64,000 nt of DNA from Longimicrobiales bacterium (GCA_965204735.1 OZ242008.1:2272001-2336000), one strand, 5' to 3'; positions 54,910 through 64,000 are shown, counted from the first letter of the stretch. A program made the numbers and translations. The notes: generated by a model not told the origin, from the letters alone.

Positions 54910-55238
54910 AAGTGACCACGACGCATTCCGGGAACACGGCGGTGGCCGCCGTGAACGGCCGGGTCGACTCCGCCAACGCGAAGGACCTGGACCAGGAACT
55001 CAGCACCATCATCGAAGGGGGCGTCAACCACCTGGTGGTCGACTGCTCCGAGCTGAGCTACATCAGCAGCGCCGGCCTCCGCGCGCTCCTCGTCGCCATC
55101 AAGAAGACCAACGCGGCCGGCGGAGGCGTGGCGATGTGCCAAGTCCCGCCGCACATCCGCGAGGTGCTGGAGGTCAGCGGCTTCACGCGCCTGACCAAGG
55201 TCTTCGACACCTCGGCGGAAGCCGAAGCCAGCTTCTAG
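54906..55238 (+). CDS. STAS domain anti-sigma factor antagonist (RsbV/SpoIIAA-like)
   Basis: The 110-aa protein contains GRVDS, VVDCSELSYISSAGLRALL (conserved phosphoacceptor Ser region) and EVLEVSGF. It has an ATGA overlap with the upstream gene. Confidence 0.92.
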   Translation: MKVTTTHSGNTAVAAVNGRVDSANAKDLDQELSTIIEGGVNHLVVDCSELSYISSAGLRALLVAIKKTNAAGGGVAMCQVPPHIREVLEVSGFTRLTKVFDTSAEAEASF

Positions 55239-55281
55239 CCTAGCCTGGCTCCGGCGCGCCAGCAGCTTTCTAGCTCCGGCG

Positions 55282-55413
55282 CCCCCCGGCTGGCGCCCCT
55301 TTGCGGCGGGCAGCTTGCGGGCGCCGGCCCCCCGGCTGGCCCCTTTGCGGCGGGCGGCTTTCTGGCTCCGGCCCCCCGGCTGGCACCCCTTTGCGGCGGG
55401 CAACTTGCGGGCG
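55282..55413. repeat. Three imperfect ~45-bp tandem repeats between convergent genes
   Basis: The core ccccccggctggc(gc/ac)ccctttgcggcgggc occurs three times. The tails alternate between agcttgcgggcg and ggctttctggctccgg. Confidence 0.85.
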
Positions 55414-55463
55414 ACCGCCCCTGGGAGATGGAGCCGGGGGACCCGGAAGAAGCCAGGGGACCC

Positions 55464-56531
55464 CTAGAAGAAGGTGAACGCCTGCACCTTGAAGGACCAC
55501 TCGGTCTGGTTCTCTATCGTCCGATAGAAGTCCAGGTTGGCCGAGATGCCGTTCCTGCCCGCGGCGTACAGCATGACCCCTGGCGTGACCACCAGACCGC
55601 TCACGTTCGCGCCTTCGTCGTTCTCGGTGCGGGCCCAGCTCAGCCGGAAGAGGGGCTCGACTCCCGCGAAGGCCCGGTCCTCCGCCAGGGGCACGTACCA
55701 CAGCCCCATGACCTGGAAGGCCGAGAAGCCCGCCTCGTCGTTCACCTTCCAGTTCCGGCCGGTTGTGCCGTTCACGAGGAGGTGGGGGCCGTCGCGCCAC
55801 GTGCCGACCTCCAGCTCCATGCCGTAGGCGGGAACCCGCAGCGTCTGGTCCTCGGAGCCCAGCGTCTCGTCCATGGCCGCGTACGCGGACAGCCGACCGC
55901 GGTCGCCGAAGAAGTAGGAAAGCCGGCCTGACGCGGACTTGGCGTTGTTCACGTCCTTCTTGCTGATGCCCTGGCCGTTGGTCAGGGTGAAGCGGTATCC
56001 CAAGCGGCGGTTCGCGAACCGCCCGGTGGCGAGGATGCCGGGTTCGTAGCCGTCCAGGCCCAGGCTGAAGGTCAGCTTGCCGAACGAGCACACGCCCCCC
56101 ACGCCGGGACACTCGTCGATGCCGGTGACCCGACCGTCCCGCTCGATCAGGGGCAGGTCGGAGTTGGCCGCGAGCCAGAAGTAGGAGACGGCCCGCTTGA
56201 ACTGGCCGATCTGCAGCTGGAAGGATTCGGAAGGCGTCAGGGCGAGATACGCCTCCAGCGTGGTGGACCCTTGGGCGTCGAACTGGAGGCGTCCCCCCAC
56301 CAGGTCGTTGAGGGAGCCGTCGATGGTGACCCAGGCTCGGCGGATGAAGAAGCTGGACGGCGCGGCGCTGGGGCCCGGCATCTCGTACTGGGCCTGGATT
56401 CGCGCGCCCAGTGTGACACTGGACCCGCTGCGGGCAGTGAAGGTCTGGGCGGCGGAGGGCGCCGCCGCGCCGGCGGCCAGGACCATCGCTGCCAGAACGC
56501 CGGCCGAGTGTCGAAGGGCACGGTGGGTCAT
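55464..56531 (-). CDS. Outer-membrane porin (OprO/OprP-like)
   Basis: It has a signal peptide ending SAA|Q, the motifs FFIRRAW, LEAY, QIGQFK and NGQG....D.NNAK...GR, amphipathic beta-strands and a C-terminal Phe. Confidence 0.75.
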   Translation of the reverse strand: MTHRALRHSAGVLAAMVLAAGAAAPSAAQTFTARSGSSVTLGARIQAQYEMPGPSAAPSSFFIRRAWVTIDGSLNDLVGGRLQFDAQGSTTLEAYLALTPSESFQLQIGQFKRAVSYFWLAANSDLPLIERDGRVTGIDECPGVGGVCSFGKLTFSLGLDGYEPGILATGRFANRRLGYRFTLTNGQGISKKDVNNAKSASGRLSYFFGDRGRLSAYAAMDETLGSEDQTLRVPAYGMELEVGTWRDGPHLLVNGTTGRNWKVNDEAGFSAFQVMGLWYVPLAEDRAFAGVEPLFRLSWARTENDEGANVSGLVVTPGVMLYAAGRNGISANLDFYRTIENQTEWSFKVQAFTFF

Positions 56532-56630
56532 GGGGGATTCGTCGTCCTTGGGTTGGTCGGGGCGAAGTTGGTGCAGTACCAATCTAGCCCCCGACCTCTC
56601 GCCGGGGCGAATCCGCGGTCAAGCGCGCGC

Positions 56631-59600
56631 CTACTTGAAGGTGATCGTGCCGACGACTCCGACGCGGCGTTCCGGGGGCTGGAAGCCGTCGGCCGCCTGC
56701 TCGCCGAAGAAGTCCATCACCAGGCGGAGGCCGGGGTCCTGCTCGGCGGTTTGGCCGCCCAGAGTGGCCCATTGCGTCCCCACATTCAGGCGGTAGCCGG
56801 CCGCGCCCTCGCGGCTCCAGCGGCCGAACGGCTTGATCCGACCGCCGCCGGGCAGCACCAACCCGTAGCCGACCTCCATCGCCAGGCGGGACGGGGCCCA
56901 GCCCCGGGCGTCCTGGGTCGCTCCGAAGCCGTGGGCGGACGGGAAGCCGTGGGCCGGCCCGACGCCGTGGCTCGGGGGACCGCCGTGGCCAGTGGGGCCG
57001 CCGTGGCCGGTGGGGTCGTGGCCGGTGGGGCTGCCGTGGCCGGTGGAACCTCCCTGACCGGTGGGGCTGCCGTGGCCGGCTTGGTCGCCGGCGGCGGGCA
57101 CGGTGCTGCCGGGCTGCACCGCCGGACCCGGCGCGCCCAGGCCCGGCACGCCCGCGCTGCGCCACACGTCGCCGCCGCCCTGCCACAGCGTCTGCGCGCC
57201 CCCCGAAGCATTGCCCCACGACGGCTCCAGCGAGAACGACAGCCCGCCGTCTTCGCGGCCGGGCTGGACCCGCAGCGCCACCGCCGCGCCCCACTCCTTG
57301 AAGTTCCGGTCCTGGTGGATCAGCAGCATCCGGCCTCGCGCGTCCAGGCTCAAACCGCTGCCCGCGTGCACCAACCCCAGCTCGGCGCCCGCTTCGGCCC
57401 CCATCCCCGTCTCCGCGTCGCCACCGTCGTAGCGACCGCCCACCTCGATGCGCGTGCGCATGGCGACGCTGCCGCTCGTCCACTGCCCGCCCAGCTCGGG
57501 CGCCAGCCGCACCCGCTGCGCGCCAGCCGTCACCGCCGCCACGTGCACGTCCGACGCGTCCGTCATCATGCGCACCGCGAAGGCGTCGGCCTTCAGCGCC
57601 AAGCCGCCCACCAGCCGCTGGCGCACGCCCAGCGCGCCCATCCGCATCCGCAGGTCGGCGTCGTAGGTGGGAGGACCCATCTCGCCCACGTTGGCGGCGC
57701 CCCGCCCCGCGCCGGCCAAGCCCCAGATGCCGAAGCCGCCCTGGGACGACCAGCTGGCGTAGGGGTAGAGGCTGTTCAGGTGGGCCTTCGTCTTGCCCAC
57801 GCCGTTGATCCCGCTCTCGTAGTTCGCCGCCATGTCGCTGCGCGAGCCGGCCAAGCCCATCAGGAAGCCCGAGCCGAAGCGGTAGTCCAGGCCCAGGTAG
57901 GCCGAGCGGGTGCGGCCGTCCATGGCGAAGTCGTCTTCGGGGCGGCCCTCGAACTCGCCCATGTTGGCCTGGCCCCACAGCGTCCAGCCCGTCTGGGAGG
58001 CCGTCTGCGCCGGGGACGCGCCGGGCGAGGCACTGGCGGAGCTGGCGGCATCGGCGTCGGCGCCGCCCTGGCCGTCGGGCGAGCCGCCGCCGAAGGAGAG
58101 CTGGAACGAGCTCCGGGAGCGGAGGTCGCGGCCTGTCAGCGGGCTGAAGGCGATGCCGCCGTGCGTGCGCTCGGCACGGCCCGCGTCCTCTTCCCGCTGG
58201 CCCTGGTACGAGCCGCCCTGGCCGAGGGCGCCGCTCGGGGCGCCGCCCAAGCCCGCTGCGCCGTCGCCGAAGAAGATGGCGGCCAAGTCCAGCGTTCCGC
58301 CCGGGGTGCCGCCGGGTCCCGACCCGGCGGTGCCCGGATGGGTGACCTGGAGGCCCAGCAGCCCGGTTGCGTCCCGCACCAGCGACTCGAGTCCGCAACG
58401 ACCGCCCGAAACGCCCCCACCCCAGCCCGCACCGGCGTGGGACGAGGCCGTGCCGTCGAACGCGACGCCCGCGCCACGGCCGCCACCGAACGCGACGCAG
58501 CTCAGCGAGCGCCCGCCCAGCTGCACGTGCGAACGGCCCCGCGAACCCGACGACTCCAGACCCAACCGACCGCCGATCGCGTCGACCGTCTCCGTTCCCA
58601 GCGATCGTCCGAACGCCGCCAGCGTCAGCTTCAACGCCCGCGCCCGATCCGCACGCGACGCCGACACCGTCACGCTCGCCTGTTGCGTCGCCGTCAGCCC
58701 GCCCGCATCCGTCGCCGTCACCGTCACCACCGTCGCGCCGATCTCCCGCGGCGCCACCGACAGCCGTCCCGCGCCCGACACCGACGCGGCCGCCACGCTC
58801 GGCGACGACGACACCACCACGTAGCTCAGCGCGTCGCCGTCCGGGTCCCGGAAGTACTCGCCCAGACCTACCTCCCACGGCGCACCGCCCACCTCCAGCA
58901 CCGGCGGCGACAGCGAGCCCACCGCCTCCGGCCCCTCGTTCACGTTCAGCAGCGTCACCACGACCGCAGCCTCGGCCGTTAGACCGCCGCCGTCCGTCAC
59001 CCGCACCACCAGCGCGAACTCCGGTGGACCGTCCTCGTAGTTCTCGCCGGCACCCACGTAGCGCACACGCCCGCTGGCCCCGTCCACCTGGAAGCGGCCC
59101 GCGTCGCCCTGCGCCAAGCTGTACGTCAGCACGTCGCCGCGGTCCGGGTCCGTCGCCTCGACCCGTCCCAGCTCCCGAGGCCCGCGCACGTTCTCCGCCA
59201 GATCGAAGGCGTACGCAGAGTCCACGAACGCGGGCGCCTCGTTCACGTCCAGCAGCAGCACCCTCACCTTCGCCACCGCCGCCAACCCCGCCCGGTCCGT
59301 CGCCACCACCTCGAACTCCCAGCCCTCAGGACCCGTCTCCGCGTCCTCGCCAGCGCCCACGTACCGCACCACCCCGCTCGACTCGCCCACGTCGAACAGC
59401 GCCGCGCTCGCGCCGCTCAAGCTGTAGCGCAGCGTGTCGCCCGCGTCCACGTCCGTTGCCTCGACCGCGCCGAGCTCCACCGGGCCCGCCACGTGCTCCG
59501 CCAGCTCCCACTCCCAGATCGACTCCACGAACACCGGGCCCTCGTTCCGGTCCTCGAGCGTCACCACCACTCGGGTCCGCGCTGTCAGGCCGCCTCGGTC

Positions 59601-62600
59601 CGTCGCCGTCACCTCCAGCTCCCAGCTGCCCGGGCCCGTCTCCGCATCCTCGCCTGCGCCCACGTACTGCACCGCACCGCTCGTCGCGTTCACCTTGAAC
59701 CGCTCGGCGTCGCCCGCCGTCAGCGCGTACGACAGCCAGTCGCCAGCGTCCGGGTCCGTCGCCCGAACCTCGCCCAGCAGCAGCGGACCGCGAGCGTTCT
59801 CCGCCAGATCGAAGGCGTACGCAGAGTCGGCGAACGCTGGCCCCTCGTTCACGTTCGTCAACTTCACCGCGACGACCGCCCGCGCGCTCGAACCCGCCAG
59901 GTCCGTCGCCGCCACCTCCAGCTCCCACGACTTCGGTCCCGCGCCCTCGTAGTCCTCGCCCGAGCCCACGTACCGCACCGCGCCCGTCGCGCCGTCCACC
60001 TCGAAGCGGTCCGCGTCGCCCGCCACCAGCCGGTACGTCAGCGTGTCGCCCTCGTCCAGGTCCACCGCCTCCGCCACGCCCAGCGCCAGCGGCCCCGCAA
60101 CGTTCTCCGCCATGGCGAAGGCGTACCGCTCCGCCGTGAACACCGGCGCGTCGTTCACGTTCACCAGCCGCACCGTCACCGTCGCATCGCCCGTCCGCTC
60201 CCCGTCGTCCGCCGTTGCGCGCACGATCATCACGAACTCCGAACGCGACTCCGCGTCCTCGCCCGTCCCCACGTACCGCACCTCGCCGGTGCGAGCGTCC
60301 ACCTCGAAGAGACCTTCGTCGCCCGCCGCCAGCGAGTACGCCACCTCGCCGCCGAAGGGGTCCGTCGCACTCACCGTCCCCACCACCACCGGCCCCGACT
60401 CGTCCTCCGTCAGCTCGAACTCGTACTCCGCACGACCGAACACCGGGTCCGTGCCCCCGGCCCCGTTCACTTGGTGCTCCTCCAGGTTCTCCACCGCGTA
60501 GCTGCCCAGGTCCAGCGCCGCCGCCGTCGTCCCGCCCGCGATCCGCAGTGCGCCGCCTGCCGCAGTCAGCGCGTCGGCCGGGATGCTGATCCCGTCCTCG
60601 TCCCGGTCCGCAGGCTGCACCACGTACTCGAACACCAGCACCGGCGTGCCCGAGCCCGACACGTAGCTCGCATGACGCACGGCCGTCCCGATCTCGATCG
60701 CCAGCCGCACCGGAGCCGTCGCAGCCGACATGTGGCCCGCCTGCTGCGGCGCCCCCGCCACCTCCACCGGCCTGCTGAACGTCACCGCCACCCGGATCAC
60801 GCTGCGCGGACCGTACAGTCCGCTCGCGCCCGGCGTGCTCGTCACCGCCAACCCCACCACCACGGGCACCGCCTCCACCGTGCCGTTCACCTTGTCGTTC
60901 GCCGCCGCCGCGATCGCGTGGCTGCCCAACGCCAGAACCGCCGGACGAACCCCGTCCGCCGTGTTCACGATCGTCGCGCCGTTCAGCGTCAGCGCGGCAG
61001 CCGCCACGCCCACGCCGTCCGCGTCAGCGTCCACGCCGCCCGTCCCGCTGCCGCCACTGCCCGCGCCCTGCACGCGGTACGCGAACGACAGCGTCGCCGT
61101 GCCGCTGCCGCCCACGTAGCTCGCCTGACGCGTCGCCGTGCCCACCGTCAGCGCCAGCTGCGGCGCGCCCGTCACCGTCACCGCACGGTCGAACGTCACC
61201 TGCACCTCGATCCGCTCGCCCAGGCCGTAGGTGTCGCCGCTCTCCGGCGTGCTCGACACCGCGACGCCCGTCACCGACGCGCCCGCCAGCGTGCCGTCCA
61301 CCTTGTGGCCCGCAGCCGCGCTCAACGCATGGCTGCCCAGTCCCAACGCCGCTGCCGTCGAGCCGTCCCGGGCGTCGTTGATCGCCCCGCTGTTCAGCGC
61401 CAGCGCGCTCGCGCCGACTTCGATCCCGTCCGTGTCCGCGTCCGCAGCCACCACCGTGTAGTGGAACGTCAGCGTGTACGTGCCCGTCCCGCTCGCGTAG
61501 TCCGCCTGCCGCGTCTGCGCGCCCACCGTCAGCGCCACCTGGGGCGTGCCCGTCACCGCCACCCGACGGTTGAACGTCACCTGAACCTCGATCTGCTCGC
61601 CCCGACCGTACGTCGTCGCCACCGCCGGCGAACTCGTCAGCGACACGCCCGACACCGACGCCGCCGTGAACGTCCCGCCCGCGACCTTGTGGCCCGCGCT
61701 GTTCGTCACCGCGTGCGCGCCCAGCCCCAGAACCGCGTCCACCGCCCCGCCCGCCACGTCGATCATTCCGCCGTTCAGCGCCAGCGCGCTCGCGCCGATG
61801 CTCAACCCGTCCGCGTCCACGTCCGCCGTCACCACCACGTACCGGAACACCAACGACGCCGTGCCCGTCCCCGATGCGTAACCCGCCTGCCGGGTCTGCG
61901 TCCCGACCGTCAGCGCCAGCTGCGGCGTGCCCGTCACGTCCACACCCTTGTTGAACGTCACCGTCGCAACCACCGTGTCGCCCCGCTCGAAGGTGTCGCC
62001 GATCGGCGGCGACGCGATCGACACACCGCTCACCCCCGGCGGGCCCTGGGCACCGTCCACACGGTGGCCCGTGCTGTTCGATATCGCGTGGCTGCCCAGC
62101 CCCAGGCTCGCAGCCGTCGAACCGTCGCGCGCGTCCGAGATCGTCCCGCCGTTCAGCGCCAGCGCGCTCGCGCCGATGCTGATGCCGTCGGTGTCCGCGT
62201 CCGCAGCCGCCACCGTGTAGCGGAACGTCAGCACGCCGCCGCCCGCCGCCACGCTCGTCGCCGAATCGTACGCCGCCTGCCGCGTCTGGCTCCCGATTGT
62301 CAGTGCCAGCTGGGGCGCGCCCGTCACCGTCACGTTGCGGTCGAACGTCACCTCCACCTCAATCTCCTCGCTCAACCCGTACGTGCTCGCGCCCGCCGGG
62401 CTGCTCGTGATCGTCACGCCGCTCACCGACGCCGCCGTGAACGTCCCGCCCGCAACTCGCAACGCGCCGTCGTTGCTGATCGCATGATGCGCCAAGCTCA
62501 GCAAGGCGTCCGTCGTACCGCCCGCCACGTCGATCGTACCCCCGTTCAGCGCCAGCGCGCTCGCGCCGATGCTCAACCCGTCGGTGTCCGTGTCCGCCGT

Positions 62601-64000
62601 CACCACTACGTACCGGAACACCAGCGCCGCCGTCCCCGTCCCCGATGCGTAGCCCGCCTGCCGCGTCTGCCCGCCGATCCCCAGCGCCAGCTGCGGCGTC
62701 CCCGTCACGTCCACCGCCTTGTTGAACGTCACCGTCGCAACCACCGTGTCGCCGCGCTCGAACGTGCCGCCCGGCGGCGCCGCCACCGACAAGCCCGCGA
62801 CCCCCGGCGGCCCTTGGCTGCCGTCCACCTTGTGCGCCGCAGCGTTCGTCACCGTATTCGACCCCAAGCTCAGCGCAGCAGCAACAGTGCCCGGACGCAC
62901 GTCCGCAATCGACCCGCCGTTCAGCGTCAACGCGCTCGCACCTATGCTGATCCCGACCGTGTCCATGTCCACAGGACGAACCGCGTACGCGAACACCAGC
63001 GTGTCCACCTTGCTCGAAGCCGAATCGTAGCTCGCCTGACGAGTCTGCGTCCCAATCGTCAGCGCCAGTCGCGGCGTGCCCGTCACCGCCACCGGACGGC
63101 TGAACGCCACCTTCACTTCGATCTGCTCGCTCAGCTTGTACGTGCTGTCCGCCGCAGGCGCGCTCGAGATCGTCACCGCGCTCACCGCCGGCGTCGTGAA
63201 CGTCCCGCCCGCAACCTTGTGCCCCGTGCTGTTCGTCACCGCGCTCGCGCCCAGCCCCAGCACAGCGTCCAACGTCCCACCCGCAACCTTGATCGTCCCG
63301 CCGTTCAGCGCCAAAGCGCTCGCCCCGATGCTCAACCCGTCCGCGTCCGCGTCGCCGCTCGCCACCACGTACCGGAACACCAACGTGTCCGTGCCCGTCC
63401 CGCTCGCGTAGCTCGCCTGCCTAGTCGCGCTCCCGATCGTCAGCGCCAGCTGCGGCGTCCCCGTCACGTCCACCGCCGGCGTGAACGCCAACGCCACCTC
63501 GATCGTCTCGCCCCGCTCGAAGGTGTCGCCCACCGTCGGAGAACTGATCGACAGCGCCGTCACCCCCGGCGGACCAATGCTCCCGTCCACCTTGTGCAAA
63601 GCAGCGTTCGCAACCGCACTCGAACCCAGACCCAAGCTCGCCGCCGCCGTGCCGCCCGCGAGCACGATCGCACCCCCGTTCAGCGCCAACGCGCTCGCGC
63701 CGATGCTGATCCCGTCCGAATCGCTGTTCGCCGTCACCACCACGTAGCGGAACGTCAGCGTCTGCGTCCCCGAACCGCTCGCGTAGCTCGCCTGCACAGT
63801 GTCGCTGCCGATCTCCAGCGCCAGCTGCGGCGTCCCCGTCACCGCCACCGAACGCTCGAACTCCACCTCCACCTCGATCGCCTCCGTCCGGCCGTACGTC
63901 GAGTCGGCGCCCGCGTCGCTCGATATCGTCACCCCGCTCACGCCCGGCGCCACCTCCTTCGTGCCGTCCACCTGGAACGCCGCCGCGTCCGCAAAGCTCC
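56631..64000 (-). CDS. Giant autotransporter-like adhesin, 3' part (more than 2450 aa in the window, 5' end outside): nine DxDxDG repeats, five cadherin-like domains, an Ig-like domain and a beta-barrel
   Basis: The frame stays open from the track ORF start to 64000. It has the same ~125-aa repeat as the left gene. Cadherin motifs (E.....ATDPD...NVNE.P.F) occur five times at about 58935-60450. A helix (ALKLTLAAFGRSLG) then precedes barrel strands WTLWGQ, AYLGLDY, SLYPY, RYDGGDAETG and LEPSWG, ending in ITFK. Confidence 0.92.
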   Translation of the reverse strand, partial: SFADAAAFQVDGTKEVAPGVSGVTISSDAGADSTYGRTEAIEVEVEFERSVAVTGTPQLALEIGSDTVQASYASGSGTQTLTFRYVVVTANSDSDGISIGASALALNGGAIVLAGGTAAASLGLGSSAVANAALHKVDGSIGPPGVTALSISSPTVGDTFERGETIEVALAFTPAVDVTGTPQLALTIGSATRQASYASGTGTDTLVFRYVVASGDADADGLSIGASALALNGGTIKVAGGTLDAVLGLGASAVTNSTGHKVAGGTFTTPAVSAVTISSAPAADSTYKLSEQIEVKVAFSRPVAVTGTPRLALTIGTQTRQASYDSASSKVDTLVFAYAVRPVDMDTVGISIGASALTLNGGSIADVRPGTVAAALSLGSNTVTNAAAHKVDGSQGPPGVAGLSVAAPPGGTFERGDTVVATVTFNKAVDVTGTPQLALGIGGQTRQAGYASGTGTAALVFRYVVVTADTDTDGLSIGASALALNGGTIDVAGGTTDALLSLAHHAISNDGALRVAGGTFTAASVSGVTITSSPAGASTYGLSEEIEVEVTFDRNVTVTGAPQLALTIGSQTRQAAYDSATSVAAGGGVLTFRYTVAAADADTDGISIGASALALNGGTISDARDGSTAASLGLGSHAISNSTGHRVDGAQGPPGVSGVSIASPPIGDTFERGDTVVATVTFNKGVDVTGTPQLALTVGTQTRQAGYASGTGTASLVFRYVVVTADVDADGLSIGASALALNGGMIDVAGGAVDAVLGLGAHAVTNSAGHKVAGGTFTAASVSGVSLTSSPAVATTYGRGEQIEVQVTFNRRVAVTGTPQVALTVGAQTRQADYASGTGTYTLTFHYTVVAADADTDGIEVGASALALNSGAINDARDGSTAAALGLGSHALSAAAGHKVDGTLAGASVTGVAVSSTPESGDTYGLGERIEVQVTFDRAVTVTGAPQLALTVGTATRQASYVGGSGTATLSFAYRVQGAGSGGSGTGGVDADADGVGVAAAALTLNGATIVNTADGVRPAVLALGSHAIAAAANDKVNGTVEAVPVVVGLAVTSTPGASGLYGPRSVIRVAVTFSRPVEVAGAPQQAGHMSAATAPVRLAIEIGTAVRHASYVSGSGTPVLVFEYVVQPADRDEDGISIPADALTAAGGALRIAGGTTAAALDLGSYAVENLEEHQVNGAGGTDPVFGRAEYEFELTEDESGPVVVGTVSATDPFGGEVAYSLAAGDEGLFEVDARTGEVRYVGTGEDAESRSEFVMIVRATADDGERTGDATVTVRLVNVNDAPVFTAERYAFAMAENVAGPLALGVAEAVDLDEGDTLTYRLVAGDADRFEVDGATGAVRYVGSGEDYEGAGPKSWELEVAATDLAGSSARAVVAVKLTNVNEGPAFADSAYAFDLAENARGPLLLGEVRATDPDAGDWLSYALTAGDAERFKVNATSGAVQYVGAGEDAETGPGSWELEVTATDRGGLTARTRVVVTLEDRNEGPVFVESIWEWELAEHVAGPVELGAVEATDVDAGDTLRYSLSGASAALFDVGESSGVVRYVGAGEDAETGPEGWEFEVVATDRAGLAAVAKVRVLLLDVNEAPAFVDSAYAFDLAENVRGPRELGRVEATDPDRGDVLTYSLAQGDAGRFQVDGASGRVRYVGAGENYEDGPPEFALVVRVTDGGGLTAEAAVVVTLLNVNEGPEAVGSLSPPVLEVGGAPWEVGLGEYFRDPDGDALSYVVVSSSPSVAAASVSGAGRLSVAPREIGATVVTVTATDAGGLTATQQASVTVSASRADRARALKLTLAAFGRSLGTETVDAIGGRLGLESSGSRGRSHVQLGGRSLSCVAFGGGRGAGVAFDGTASSHAGAGWGGGVSGGRCGLESLVRDATGLLGLQVTHPGTAGSGPGGTPGGTLDLAAIFFGDGAAGLGGAPSGALGQGGSYQGQREEDAGRAERTHGGIAFSPLTGRDLRSRSSFQLSFGGGSPDGQGGADADAASSASASPGASPAQTASQTGWTLWGQANMGEFEGRPEDDFAMDGRTRSAYLGLDYRFGSGFLMGLAGSRSDMAANYESGINGVGKTKAHLNSLYPYASWSSQGGFGIWGLAGAGRGAANVGEMGPPTYDADLRMRMGALGVRQRLVGGLALKADAFAVRMMTDASDVHVAAVTAGAQRVRLAPELGGQWTSGSVAMRTRIEVGGRYDGGDAETGMGAEAGAELGLVHAGSGLSLDARGRMLLIHQDRNFKEWGAAVALRVQPGREDGGLSFSLEPSWGNASGGAQTLWQGGGDVWRSAGVPGLGAPGPAVQPGSTVPAAGDQAGHGSPTGQGGSTGHGSPTGHDPTGHGGPTGHGGPPSHGVGPAHGFPSAHGFGATQDARGWAPSRLAMEVGYGLVLPGGGRIKPFGRWSREGAAGYRLNVGTQWATLGGQTAEQDPGLRLVMDFFGEQAADGFQPPERRVGVVGTITFK
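56925..57080 (-). repeat. His-Gly hexapeptide repeat (18-bp units, about 9 copies) within the barrel region
   Basis: The protein reads AGHGSP TGQGGS TGHGSP TGHDP TGHGGP TGHGGP PSHGVG PAHGFP SAHGFG, and gccgtgg recurs in the DNA. Confidence 0.85.

Noticed and set aside
55282..55413. Possible CRISPR array (also the 42-bp repeats at 36375-36542)
   Set aside because: There are few copies, the repeats are imperfect, there are no unique spacers, and no cas genes are present.
1..64000. The left and right giant ORFs being two ends of one gene on a circular element
   Set aside because: The window edges are similar but neither identical nor contiguous, and the interior holds chromosomal core genes. 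Two paralogs is the simpler reading, though long reads are needed to exclude mis-assembly.

Overview
This is a very GC-rich bacterial chromosomal window. The gene style suggests a Gram-negative organism, possibly Gemmatimonadota, but that is an impression and was not tested. Two giant minus-strand paralogous surface-protein genes bracket the window. (1) The left gene is absent from the ORF track because it has no stop codon in the window. It runs from about 26982 off the left edge (at least 8994 codons) and carries a signal peptide, about 65 copies of a ~125-aa DxDxDG-containing repeat and six FN3 domains, with a 21-nt G/C homopolymer at its 5' end. (2) The right gene (56631 to beyond 64000) is the 3' end of a paralog, with the same repeats, five cadherin-like domains and an autotransporter-like beta-barrel. 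Between them lie a sodium:solute symporter unit with chorismate mutase, rplU-rpmA, a beta-propeller lipoprotein, rng, an acyl-CoA catabolic cluster (B12-binding subunit, carboxyltransferase, AtuA-like pair, crotonase, acyl-CoA dehydrogenase) interrupted by RecQ, murB, an esterase and a MATE pump. There is also a striking signalling locus in which a sensor kinase, a periplasmic binding protein and a REC-PP2C phosphatase are divergent from glnA-glnE-(RsbW-like kinase)-(STAS protein). I saw no rRNA, tRNA, CRISPR array, transposase or integrase.
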